Shown here piece by piece: positions 9,788-18,777 of a DNA stretch of 64,000 bases (its first letter is position 1; each line of letters begins with the position of its first letter). Below the pieces are notes generated by a model, which did no database searches, had not been told where the DNA came from, and saw only the letters and a program-made list of their open reading frames with translations. This DNA comes from an uncultured virus (IMG/VR IMGVR_UViG_3300027672_001707) (taxonomy: Duplodnaviria; Heunggongvirae; Uroviricota; Caudoviricetes): the IMG/VR virus record IMGVR_UViG_3300027672_001707. The stretch is one strand, 5' to 3'. The translations under genes were made by a program, and so were the position numbers.

Positions 9788-10143
9788 CATATCTAGTAGA
9801 CGATAAATGTATTAAATGTAGGTATACAGATTGCGTATCAGTATGCCCAGTAGATTGTTTCTACATAGGAGAGAATTCAATAGCAATTAATCCAGATGAA
9901 TGTATTGATTGTGGAGTGTGTGAACCGGAATGTCCAGCAGGTGCTATTAGAGCAGATACAGACTTTGAACCAGAAGAACGAGAAAAATGGTTAGACATTA
10001 ATACTAGAATGTCTGAACTATGGCCTGTCATTACTGAAAAAATTGATGAAATGGATGATGCAGATGCTAATAATCCAAAACTGAATCCGGACATAGGTGA
10101 TAAGACAGAATTTTTAAGTGAAAATCCTGGTGAGGAAGTTTAG
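9784..10143 (+). CDS. fdxA: FdxA-type dicluster ferredoxin
   Basis: [18 protein letters not shown] and [16 protein letters not shown] start. Confidence 0.9.
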   Translation: MTYLVDDKCIKCRYTDCVSVCPVDCFYIGENSIAINPDECIDCGVCEPECPAGAIRADTDFEPEEREKWLDINTRMSELWPVITEKIDEMDDADANNPKLNPDIGDKTEFLSENPGEEV

Positions 10144-10514
10144 TTTACTTTTTTGACCAATTGAATAGAGCGTCTTTTAGTACGCTTTTTAGACAATTCA
10201 CTAAGACTAACTTGTGGTCCTGCAAGTACATTACAGTCCTTACTAACAAAAGTTGTTAGGTAAGGTCTAAAGCAGACCCAATCTTGTTTAAGGAATATGT
10301 TGATTGGAATCATTCTATTTGATTCCCACCACCAAGTTTCGGCTAATGACAGATAGTGCCTTTTTAGCTCTATGTCTTGAACTTTTTCGTAGTCATAAAA
10401 ACTAGTGCAATGAGAGTCTCGGTTTTGAATTATCCCGATATACTCTTTTTGCCCATAACTAATATGGCTTAAAAATGGGTATTGATTAAGTAATTTTTCT
10501 AGTAACTCGTCCAT
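10140..10514 (-). CDS. conserved phage hypothetical protein
   Basis: ORF with YPFLS and WWWESNR.IPI.IFL; convergent with fdxA. Confidence 0.7.
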   Translation of the reverse strand: MDELLEKLLNQYPFLSHISYGQKEYIGIIQNRDSHCTSFYDYEKVQDIELKRHYLSLAETWWWESNRMIPINIFLKQDWVCFRPYLTTFVSKDCNVLAGPQVSLSELSKKRTKRRSIQLVKKVN

Positions 10515-10560
10515 GGCGCCTTTTTACATAAATATAGTTGTATGTGGAAGATAAAATATA

Positions 10561-11343
10561 ATGCAGAAATTAACAGGTTATTTAGTAGATCAGAAACAAA
10601 CAGTTGTATATTCAACAGATACATCTGTAGAACATAGGAATAGAACAGTGTACTCACGTCCCTTAAAAGCATATAGAGGAATTAAAAACACTCTACAACT
10701 TCAACTGAAAGATTCAGACCAAAAACCCGTTGTCATTACTGGCAAAACTTTTGTTTTTAATATTTTAAATCCTTCTACATATGTAGTTATCCTTTCTAAA
10801 ACCGGGACCATAACGAATGCGAATCTAGGCAAAGTAGACTTTGAACTTTCTGATTCAGATTTAAGAAATACAGACGCTAGTATGTACACTTATAGTGTAC
10901 ACGAACAACTTGCTGATGGTACTAGAAAAGTAGTATTCAGCGGTGATAACTATGATGCAGGCGGAACTATCGATATTGTTGACGGTGTTTATAACCAATT
11001 TAAAGATAGTGCAACAGTACTAGTTATTAGTGACGTAGTTGGTACAGGAACCGAAACAACCAAATTTACCTCTTCTACAAACTCATACCCAGAATTAAAT
11101 CAAAATAAAGCACTTCATACTGCTCAGTACTATCTAAGTGGATACACCGGTACAATAACAGTCCAAGCGACTATGGATGATGTTACAAATCTACTATCTG
11201 CTAACTGGATTGATGTAAAATCTAACACTTATACATCAAAAACTGGCAATGAATACGTTGAATTTAATGGAGTTTTTACTGCCGTTAGATTTAAAGACGT
11301 AAAAACTTACGGAACCTTAACAAAAGTCTTGTATCGTTCGTAG
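10561..11343 (+). CDS. putative virion structural protein (beta-rich)
   Basis: Preceded by CATAAATA late-type promoter; Thr/Ser/Gly-rich beta-type sequence. Confidence 0.55.
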   Translation: MQKLTGYLVDQKQTVVYSTDTSVEHRNRTVYSRPLKAYRGIKNTLQLQLKDSDQKPVVITGKTFVFNILNPSTYVVILSKTGTITNANLGKVDFELSDSDLRNTDASMYTYSVHEQLADGTRKVVFSGDNYDAGGTIDIVDGVYNQFKDSATVLVISDVVGTGTETTKFTSSTNSYPELNQNKALHTAQYYLSGYTGTITVQATMDDVTNLLSANWIDVKSNTYTSKTGNEYVEFNGVFTAVRFKDVKTYGTLTKVLYRS

Positions 11344-11365
11344 TTCTGTGCTATAATAATAGCAT

Positions 11366-12373
11366 ATGCAAAATATAATCTATAATACATTTATCGCTTT
11401 ACTGCCTTCTAAAAAGAAGACTAGCCCAAGTGGTTGGATATCTTTTAATGGTGCGTGTTGTACTCACAATGGAGAGTCACAAGACAAACGAGGCAGAGCA
11501 GGTATAGCCGGTGGTGACGGAGTTTTAAGTTACCATTGTTTTAACTGTGGCTATAAAGCACATTGGAAACCTGGATATCATCTTACATATAAAGTAAGAA
11601 AGTTATTTCAATGGTTTGGTGCTGACGATAAGCAAATAAAAGGTTTGCAAATTGAAGCATTACGATTAAAAGAGTATGCAGAAGAAATAGGTGAAGTCGA
11701 AGTAGTAGAAGAAATTACTTTTGAAGAAAAAGACTTCCCAGATGGATCACAAACACTTATGCATTGGATACATAATCCAGGCGATCACGAAGAACAAATT
11801 TCAGCGGTGGCAGAGTATGCCATAACTAGAGGACTTGAATCTAAACTTGACACATTGAGATGGTCACCTAGTAGAGCAGGAAACTTGAATCAACGATTAA
11901 TTATTCCGTTTTATTACAAGAATAAATGTGTTGGTCATACAGGAAGATCGATTAACAATAACATACAACCTAAGTATATGAATTATATGCAACCAGGGTA
12001 TGTGTTTAATGTTGATGAACAACAAAAAGATAGAAAGATTGTATTAGTTATGGAAGGCCCAATAGATGCACTAAAGATTGGTGGTGTTGGAATAAACAGT
12101 AATATGATTAACGATACCCAAGCGGATTTACTTGACTCTTTAGGAAAAGATGTTATAGTAGTACCAGACCAGGACAATGCAGGAAGTAAAGTAATTGACA
12201 CTGCAATCGAATATGGTTGGAGTGTAGCCTTTCCAGACTGGGACGCAGATGTTAAGGATGTAAGTGATGCAATAGATACATATGGTAAACTGTATACATT
12301 GTGGAGCATTATAAACACTGCACAAACTAGTAAAATTAAAATCGAACTTATGAGGAAAAAACTTGGCAACTGA
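11366..12373 (+). CDS. DNA primase
   Basis: Zn finger (CCTH..CFNC), TOPRIM EGPIDA, PDQD, KDVSD. Confidence 0.85.
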   Translation: MQNIIYNTFIALLPSKKKTSPSGWISFNGACCTHNGESQDKRGRAGIAGGDGVLSYHCFNCGYKAHWKPGYHLTYKVRKLFQWFGADDKQIKGLQIEALRLKEYAEEIGEVEVVEEITFEEKDFPDGSQTLMHWIHNPGDHEEQISAVAEYAITRGLESKLDTLRWSPSRAGNLNQRLIIPFYYKNKCVGHTGRSINNNIQPKYMNYMQPGYVFNVDEQQKDRKIVLVMEGPIDALKIGGVGINSNMINDTQADLLDSLGKDVIVVPDQDNAGSKVIDTAIEYGWSVAFPDWDADVKDVSDAIDTYGKLYTLWSIINTAQTSKIKIELMRKKLGN

Positions 12374-13760
12374 ATATACAATAGACTTACAAAGACTATT
12401 CTTAGAGATGATGCTCAACGATGCAGAGTCTTACGTTAGAGTACAAAATATTTTTAACGCAGAAAACTTTGATAAAAGTTTAAGAGAACCGGCAAAGTTT
12501 ATCGAAAAGCATACTTCTGAATATAGCACTATGCCTACGGCAGACCAGATTAATGCGGCTACTGGAAGTAAACTTAAACCAGTAAAAGAATTAACCGAAG
12601 GTCATTATGATTGGTTTATGTCTGAGTTTGAAGCATTTACTAGACGTAACGAATTAGAACGTGCTATTTTAAAAAGTGCAGACTTACTTGAAAAAGGCGA
12701 GTATGATCCTGTAGAGAAACTAATTAAAGATGCAGTACAAATAAGTTTAACAAAAGACTTAGGTATCGAGTATTGGGAAGATCCTAGAGCAAGACTTATG
12801 GCTCTTAAAGACGGCAATGGTCAAGTAAGTACTGGCTGGGCAAACTTAGATAAGAAATTATTTGGTGGATTTAACAGAGGCGAACTAAACATCTTTGCAG
12901 GTGGTAGTGGATCTGGTAAGAGTTTGTTTATGCAAAATCTTGCAGTTAACTGGACAATGGCAGGACTTAATGGTGTATACTTAACATTAGAGTTAAGTGA
13001 AGGATTGTGTGCTATGCGTTTAGACAGTATGGTTTCCGAAATTCCAACTAAAGATGTCTTTAAAGATTTAGATACACTTGAAATGAAAATTGGCATGGCT
13101 GGTAAAAAAGCAGGAAGTTTGCGTATTAAGTATATGCCAGCACAAAGTAACATTAACGATATTAGGTCATACATAAAAGAATTACAAGTTAAAATAGGTA
13201 AAAAACTAGATTATATTTGTGTTGATTACTTAGACTTGTTAATGCCTGTTAGTGCAAAAGTTAGTCCAAATGATCAGTTTATTAAAGACAAATATGTAAG
13301 TGAAGAATTGCGTAACTTGGCAAAAGAAATGGACTTTATTATGGTAACTGCTTCGCAGTTAAACAGAGCGGCAGTTGAAGAAATTGAATTTGACCATTCT
13401 CATATCGCTGGTGGTATTAGTAAAATTAATACTGCTGATAACGTTATTGGTATATTTACTAGTAGGGCAATGAGAGAACGTGGAAGATATCAAATACAAT
13501 TTATGAAAACTAGAAGTAGTAGTGGAGTAGGGCAAAAAGTAGACTTAGAATTTGATAACAATAGTTTGCGTATTAGAGATTGTGATGAATCTGATAGTGA
13601 TTCTGCATCGGCTTCTTCTACTATTAGTACAGATGTGATGAATAAAATTAAAGCACAATCTAATGTAGGGAACCAATCAGCCGAACAACCAGAAAAGATT
13701 GTCCGAGCCGAAGTACAGTCTAATAAACTGAATGATATGCTTAAAAATTTAAAGACTTAG
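12363..13760 (+). CDS. DnaB-like replicative helicase (T4 gp41-like)
   Basis: GGSGSGKS, TLEL, VDYLDL, TASQLNR, KTR; TTG start. Confidence 0.9.
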   Translation: MATEYTIDLQRLFLEMMLNDAESYVRVQNIFNAENFDKSLREPAKFIEKHTSEYSTMPTADQINAATGSKLKPVKELTEGHYDWFMSEFEAFTRRNELERAILKSADLLEKGEYDPVEKLIKDAVQISLTKDLGIEYWEDPRARLMALKDGNGQVSTGWANLDKKLFGGFNRGELNIFAGGSGSGKSLFMQNLAVNWTMAGLNGVYLTLELSEGLCAMRLDSMVSEIPTKDVFKDLDTLEMKIGMAGKKAGSLRIKYMPAQSNINDIRSYIKELQVKIGKKLDYICVDYLDLLMPVSAKVSPNDQFIKDKYVSEELRNLAKEMDFIMVTASQLNRAAVEEIEFDHSHIAGGISKINTADNVIGIFTSRAMRERGRYQIQFMKTRSSSGVGQKVDLEFDNNSLRIRDCDESDSDSASASSTISTDVMNKIKAQSNVGNQSAEQPEKIVRAEVQSNKLNDMLKNLKT

Positions 13761-14539
13761 TCTTTAGGTTTAAATTGGTCTAGTATCACTTTACCATCTT
13801 TTGTTTTAGATAAATGTGCTTTATTAATTTTTCTATGGTAATCACTAATACTGTGATCATATGCACCATCAAATAATTGCCACTTTTTCCAAGCAGAAAT
13901 TCTTCCTCGTATCCTGTCTTTGAAACGTTGCCATGTACTTAACCCGTTTCTAATATTGCCAAAATGGTTTAAATATTTCATTTGACCGTGATGTCTAAAA
14001 CCAATAAACGCAGGTGGAACTCTAGTTACCGCATCATTGTTATTAACCCAACGATAGTGTTTAAATTTACAACTGTTTATGAATTCTTTATTACCAACAC
14101 GTGGCGAACCATATGTATATAATGCTAAATCCTCAAACTTATCTTGTAACCTTGCGGCACAGAGTGTTGCCATCGCGGCACCTAAACTGTGACCGGTAAT
14201 AGTCATTTGTTTTTTTGGGTTGTTATTTGCAAATTCTTCAATTTCATCCCAAATCTTTTCAATTTCATCATAAAATCCATCATGTACTTTACCTGCAACT
14301 TTACTCTTACTTTTCCAACTTTTGGCATCAGCAATAAGATCGCTAGGTTGACTAGGTTCAGTACCTCTAAAAGCAATCGTAATAAGGTCATCATTGCTCA
14401 ACAAATATGCTTGAGCCCCATCGGTATTCAAAAAATGGATGGTTTTATACCCTATTTTACTAAAAGTTGCTTCAATAGATGGGTTTAGATCCGTGTATGC
14501 ACAGGCAGAAAGCATTGCATGGTGTGAATCATAGTTCAT
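13757..14539 (-). CDS. class 3 lipase / alpha-beta hydrolase
   Basis: AFRGT, VHDGF, TGHSLGAA, YGSPRVG, D.VTRVP, DH motifs; AGGAG SD. Confidence 0.9.
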   Translation of the reverse strand: MNYDSHHAMLSACAYTDLNPSIEATFSKIGYKTIHFLNTDGAQAYLLSNDDLITIAFRGTEPSQPSDLIADAKSWKSKSKVAGKVHDGFYDEIEKIWDEIEEFANNNPKKQMTITGHSLGAAMATLCAARLQDKFEDLALYTYGSPRVGNKEFINSCKFKHYRWVNNNDAVTRVPPAFIGFRHHGQMKYLNHFGNIRNGLSTWQRFKDRIRGRISAWKKWQLFDGAYDHSISDYHRKINKAHLSKTKDGKVILDQFKPKD

Positions 14540-14627
14540 ATTATCAGACTCCTTCTTTAGTTAACTTAATAATATGTATTTAACCAAATTTTTTAAATAA
14601 ATAACATATAATACGGAGATAATTTTA

Positions 14628-14870
14628 ATGCAACACAAACATCGTAGTCTACTAGAAGAACTAGACAAAATAGCAATTCCTCGAGATCGTGTACATCTTA
14701 TCGAATCAAGGGCTCAACATATTATTGCAGGCGCCATAAACCTAGTTAACTTAATTAGAGAGTGTTACGATGATGAAGTTGTAGAAGAAATGGAACGTAA
14801 ATTGCTACTAGCAATTAAGAGGCAGGACCCTGCCAAGTTTAATAACGGATTAAAGAAGTTAAAAAAATGA
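14628..14870 (+). CDS. conserved phage hypothetical protein
   Basis: ORF after ATAAATA late-type promoter and GGAG. Confidence 0.7.
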   Translation: MQHKHRSLLEELDKIAIPRDRVHLIESRAQHIIAGAINLVNLIRECYDDEVVEEMERKLLLAIKRQDPAKFNNGLKKLKK

Positions 14871-15409
14871 GAATAGATGAAATTGACTTTGGAAAACGAG
14901 TCACAGACAGCAAAGCAAAAATACAAGAACTAAAAGAACTTGGTAAAAAAGTTAAGGGAATGTATGAAAAAGCACAACAAAATTTCGCAGATGTCGAAAT
15001 TGAAAATGCTGAGCAATTTGACGCAGAACCAATGCAAGCCTTTGCTAATTGGTTTAAACATATGTTTAAAAATGATGTTGAAAAGGTATTGAATATACCT
15101 GCATTAAAACTTTCAGATGCTAACATTAAAAAAGTTGGAAAACTTGTAGTTGCATATGCATCACAGAATTACTACTTAAAACCTAAAACTCCGTTTCAAG
15201 GTGCTAACACTTTTATGAAAATTGTTAAGATAGTAGATCCGCAGTTAGTTAACATAGCAGACCAAGTGTTTGGTAGATTTATTAGAGGCGAAGAACAAAA
15301 GAATCCTGAAAAACTTCCAGATGATATATCACAAACATTACAAAATTTAACAGATGAGCAAAAAGCCCAATTAGATGCTCTACTTAATAAGGCTGGGAGC
15401 AAAGCATAA
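14867..15409 (+). CDS. hypothetical protein, putative head-internal protein
   Basis: Begins MRIDEI (shared leader motif). Confidence 0.6.
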   Translation: MRIDEIDFGKRVTDSKAKIQELKELGKKVKGMYEKAQQNFADVEIENAEQFDAEPMQAFANWFKHMFKNDVEKVLNIPALKLSDANIKKVGKLVVAYASQNYYLKPKTPFQGANTFMKIVKIVDPQLVNIADQVFGRFIRGEEQKNPEKLPDDISQTLQNLTDEQKAQLDALLNKAGSKA

Positions 15410-15672
15410 TGAAACTTAATGAGTTAAACGATTTAACTGAAAAGAAAAGTCGTAAACAACGTAAAAAGCAACAAGCAAAAAAGCGCCAGCAAAAAGCAAA
15501 CGCAATACCTAAAGCAAAGCCTACAGTAGAGCCTACAGTAGAGCCTACAGCACAAGCACCAGAAGTAACACAAGCAACTGTTGATGTAGAAGCACTAGCA
15601 ATGGTTATTAAATCACTAGACTTAGACGACGAAGTAAGAGCTATCTTAGCCAGAAGTAAGCGAGCGGCATAA
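15409..15672 (+). CDS. hypothetical protein, putative head-internal protein
   Basis: Begins MKLNELNDLTE; basic stretch and PTVE repeats. Confidence 0.6.
   Translation: MKLNELNDLTEKKSRKQRKKQQAKKRQQKANAIPKAKPTVEPTVEPTAQAPEVTQATVDVEALAMVIKSLDLDDEVRAILARSKRAA
15518..15550 (+). repeat. 12-bp in-frame tandem repeat (AGCCTACAGTAG, about 2.75 copies)
   Basis: Read directly; encodes PTVE-PTVE-PTA. Confidence 0.85.
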
Positions 15673-15673
15673 C

Positions 15674-16930
15674 ATGATTATAAAAGAAATTTTTGAACCT
15701 AAAACACATTACTGGAATATTCTTAACGAAGCAGAAGGTAAAAACACACACTTAGAACATATTGAAGACTTAATCTTTAATGAAGGTTACGCAGGTGCCC
15801 AAAGAGCATTTAATTATCTAGATGCAGTTAAAGGTTTATTAGAAGGCGGACAACCAGAAGGTAAAGTTACTGTTAAGTGGGATGGTGCCCCGGCAATTAT
15901 TTGCGGAATAGATCCAGAAGATAGTAAATTCTTTGTAGGCACTAAATCAGTGTTTAATGCAAAGACACCTAAAGTTGCTAAATCAGTAGCACAAATTAAA
16001 GAATGGTATTCCGAGCAACCTTCACTAGAAGCAAAATTATTAATGGCGTTTAAACTATTACCTAAATTAGGCATAGGATCAGTTGTACAAGGCGACTTCC
16101 TTTTTGGCCCAGGTGATGTTAAAACAGAAGACGTTGGTGATGACAACTGTTATACGTTTACCCCTAACACTATTACATACGCAGTTCCTGTGGATAGTGC
16201 TATTGGCAAACGTGTCGCTAAAGCAAAAATCGGAATAGTATTTCATACAGAATATACAGGTGCTACACTACCAGAAATGACTGCAAATTTTGGTTACAGT
16301 GTTAGAGGTTTACAACCTACAGCAGATGTATGGTATGATGACGCAAATTATAAAGATGTATCCGGTATTGCAACACTAACACCTAGCGAAGAAAAGGCTA
16401 TAGACGGTACTATTGCAACAGGGCGTACTACACTTAAAAAAGTAGGTCCTAAAATGGATCAAGTACTACAGGCTGAATTTGCAAAGTTTATTAAACCTTT
16501 TATTAATAATAATGTAAGAGCAGGGGAACAAGTCGGTGAACCGACAAAGTTCCTACAAGACTTTATGAATTATTATAATGATAAGATGAATAAAGAAGTT
16601 GAAAAATTAAAAGGCGGCGCTGAAAGTCCAGCGGCACAAAAACGTTTTGAAAAAATTGAACAACAAAAGAAATTTTTAGCAGACAATAGTAATACGTTGC
16701 TCTTGACACTAGCAGTGTATCGTCGTATAATTAGTGCTAAACTATTATTAATTAGTAAATTAAGTAATGTAGATAAAATTGGAACATTTGTAAAAACTGA
16801 AAATGGATACAGAGTTACAAACCATGAAGGATTTGTAGCATTTGGTATAGACGGTGGAGCAGTTAAACTAAATGATAGAATGGAATTCAATGCATTGAAT
16901 TTCTCAGCAACTAAAACTTGGAGCAAATAA
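15674..16930 (+). CDS. DUF6267-like protein with RNA-ligase-type nucleotidyltransferase motifs
   Basis: TVKWDG (motif I KxDG), VQGDF (III), HEGFV (IV), AVKL (V); KNTHLEHIED N-terminal motif. Confidence 0.65.
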   Translation: MIIKEIFEPKTHYWNILNEAEGKNTHLEHIEDLIFNEGYAGAQRAFNYLDAVKGLLEGGQPEGKVTVKWDGAPAIICGIDPEDSKFFVGTKSVFNAKTPKVAKSVAQIKEWYSEQPSLEAKLLMAFKLLPKLGIGSVVQGDFLFGPGDVKTEDVGDDNCYTFTPNTITYAVPVDSAIGKRVAKAKIGIVFHTEYTGATLPEMTANFGYSVRGLQPTADVWYDDANYKDVSGIATLTPSEEKAIDGTIATGRTTLKKVGPKMDQVLQAEFAKFIKPFINNNVRAGEQVGEPTKFLQDFMNYYNDKMNKEVEKLKGGAESPAAQKRFEKIEQQKKFLADNSNTLLLTLAVYRRIISAKLLLISKLSNVDKIGTFVKTENGYRVTNHEGFVAFGIDGGAVKLNDRMEFNALNFSATKTWSK

Positions 16931-16934
16931 GTTA

Positions 16935-17687
16935 ATGGACAAGTATACTGCAAGTGAATGGGCGGCAATGGACGGTGGTCATACAATTGAACCTAAACAA
17001 AAGATGTTTGGATTTATGAACGATGAACTAGTTGAAGCAAGATTGTTTAGAAACCCAACACAATTCGCTACATCAAATAAAGAAGATATTGCAAAGAACG
17101 TGTATGCACACTTAATGGGTGTACAAGCAATGCGTTATACTGATCCTGGACAAGCAAGTACATATGCTAGGAAAACTATGTCATACAACGGCTTCGACGG
17201 AGTAAGAACCGGTGCAACAGACTTGCATAACTTAATTGCAGGATTGGAACGTAAAGGCGGATACAGTATTCCGACTGCACAAATTAAAAGATATTTAAAG
17301 AACGTACAAAATGGTGTAGTAGATACACAATTAGACAGACGTACTATGCTTGCCGTTGAACGTTCACTACAAATTAGAGATCCAAAACTAACTGCAATGA
17401 GACGAATCATTTCAGACTGGCCTCGTGCTTTACCAAATGAACAAAAAGCAGGAGCAACACGTTTAGGGTTTATGCTTAATCATTATGCCAGAGGCAGTGA
17501 TTTAGCAGGACCGTATAACAAAAGTGTTACTGGTATAGTTTCACAAAATGCTAAAAGTCCGTACACTGGTAACACATTCGCAAAAACTATTGCAGGTGTG
17601 GCAGTTGGTGCAGTTATAGGATACAAAGCAATCCGAGATAAGAACATTCAAAACGTACATAAGAAATATAAGATTAAAAAGGCGTAA
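16935..17687 (+). CDS. hypothetical protein with C-terminal hydrophobic segment
   Basis: 250-aa ORF in the late block. Confidence 0.7.
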   Translation: MDKYTASEWAAMDGGHTIEPKQKMFGFMNDELVEARLFRNPTQFATSNKEDIAKNVYAHLMGVQAMRYTDPGQASTYARKTMSYNGFDGVRTGATDLHNLIAGLERKGGYSIPTAQIKRYLKNVQNGVVDTQLDRRTMLAVERSLQIRDPKLTAMRRIISDWPRALPNEQKAGATRLGFMLNHYARGSDLAGPYNKSVTGIVSQNAKSPYTGNTFAKTIAGVAVGAVIGYKAIRDKNIQNVHKKYKIKKA

Positions 17688-17731
17688 AACACCCTATACA
17701 TTATATTTGTGTTTTACTACTGTTTGACTTT

Positions 17732-17739
17732 TATAAATA
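17732..17739 (+). promoter_or_regulatory. T4-type late promoter TATAAATA
   Basis: Exact TATAAATA; also seen at 22201, 28385, 29857, 33166, 36036, 39490, 40396 and 40778. Confidence 0.75.
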
Positions 17740-17773
17740 CATTAGTAAGAAACGTAATAAACGTTTGTTACAT

Positions 17774-17877
17774 AGGCAAAATTAAGGCAACAAACTTAGG
17801 CATACAGGCAACAATTTATAGGCAAATCAAAGGCATTCATTAAGGCTCCGAAATTATCAACCCGCCCCAGGTAGGCG
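17774..17877 (+). repeat. intergenic array of eight AGGC(A) motifs
   Basis: AGGCA at 17774, 17785, 17798, 17806, 17820, 17831; AGGCT at 17843; AGGCG at 17873. Confidence 0.8.
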
Positions 17878-17896
17878 TAACAGGAACTAAAAGAGA

Positions 17897-18154
17897 ATGA
17901 GTACAAGAGAAATTGAGAAAGAAAGCCTAGAGGCCCATGTAGAATTATGTGCGGCGAGGTATTCACGATTGGAAGAAAAATTAGACAATTTAGAGGGCCG
18001 AGTTATCGGCATTGAAACTGTACTTGGGGAAATCCGAGACACTGTTGTCAAAGATAGAGAAAAACGTCAATCTCAACTTATCATGTGGGGTATGACTATC
18101 ATTGGTTCTTTAATCAGTGCAGTAGGCATACTATCCTACAACTTATTCATATAG
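17897..18154 (+). CDS. coiled-coil protein with C-terminal TM helix (XhlA/holin-like architecture)
   Basis: Heptad-rich N-terminus and one hydrophobic C-terminal helix. Confidence 0.6.
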   Translation: MSTREIEKESLEAHVELCAARYSRLEEKLDNLEGRVIGIETVLGEIRDTVVKDREKRQSQLIMWGMTIIGSLISAVGILSYNLFI

Positions 18155-18203
18155 TAATTCACAAAAAATTAAAACCGATTAAACTTAACTAAATAGTAGT
18201 GTT

Positions 18204-18521
18204 ATGCTTATATTAGAACTATTCAGCGACGAAAATACACCTATCGAAGAAGTACATCCTACTTCTTTAGATGAAACCAAAATGGCTTGGGGCCGTTCGG
18301 GTAACAAAGTTGTACGAAAGTACAGATGCTCAATTGGTAGATTAAAAGGTAAAATAGTAAGTAGTCCTGGTGCGTGTTTTAAAGCACCTGATATAAGAAA
18401 ACGTATTAAACTAAAAATGACTAAAGCAAAACTTGGATCCAGAATGAAGTTGAAATCAAAACGTACTAAACGTATCAACCCAGCAAGTAAACGTGTTCAA
18501 GCATTGAATAAACGGAGTTAA
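18204..18521 (+). CDS. basic hypothetical protein, putative head-internal protein
   Basis: Acidic leader MLILELF..LDE followed by a highly basic body. Confidence 0.65.
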   Translation: MLILELFSDENTPIEEVHPTSLDETKMAWGRSGNKVVRKYRCSIGRLKGKIVSSPGACFKAPDIRKRIKLKMTKAKLGSRMKLKSKRTKRINPASKRVQALNKRS

Positions 18522-18522
18522 A

Positions 18523-18777
18523 ATGAGAATTAGTGATTTATTTGAAGAACCTATGCAAGGTAAAGTAACTAAGGTTGCTGGCGATAATGTTGAAATTATC
18601 GATCCAAAGAAGCCAGGTGTTACGACTAAAATTGACCTAAAGAAAATGGATATAGATACTTCAAATCCTAATGCTCCAACCATTAAGCCAAAATCCGCTA
18701 AACCCCAAGGACAAGGCTCCAAAATTAAACCCGGACAAACAGTATCCATTGCTACCGAGGTCAAAAAAAAAGACTGA
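18523..18777 (+). CDS. hypothetical protein; upstream part of a putative frameshift fusion
   Basis: GGAG SD; begins MRISDLFEE; ends GTC AAA AAA AAA GAC TGA. Confidence 0.7.
   Translation: MRISDLFEEPMQGKVTKVAGDNVEIIDPKKPGVTTKIDLKKMDIDTSNPNAPTIKPKSAKPQGQGSKIKPGQTVSIATEVKKKD

Noticed and set aside
15518..15550. Phase-variable switch
   Set aside because: The 12-bp unit is in frame, so copy-number change would only alter a linker.
17774..17877. CRISPR array interpretation of the AGGCA repeats
   Set aside because: Repeats are only 4-5 nt with short linkers; no CRISPR-size repeats or cas genes were seen in the window.
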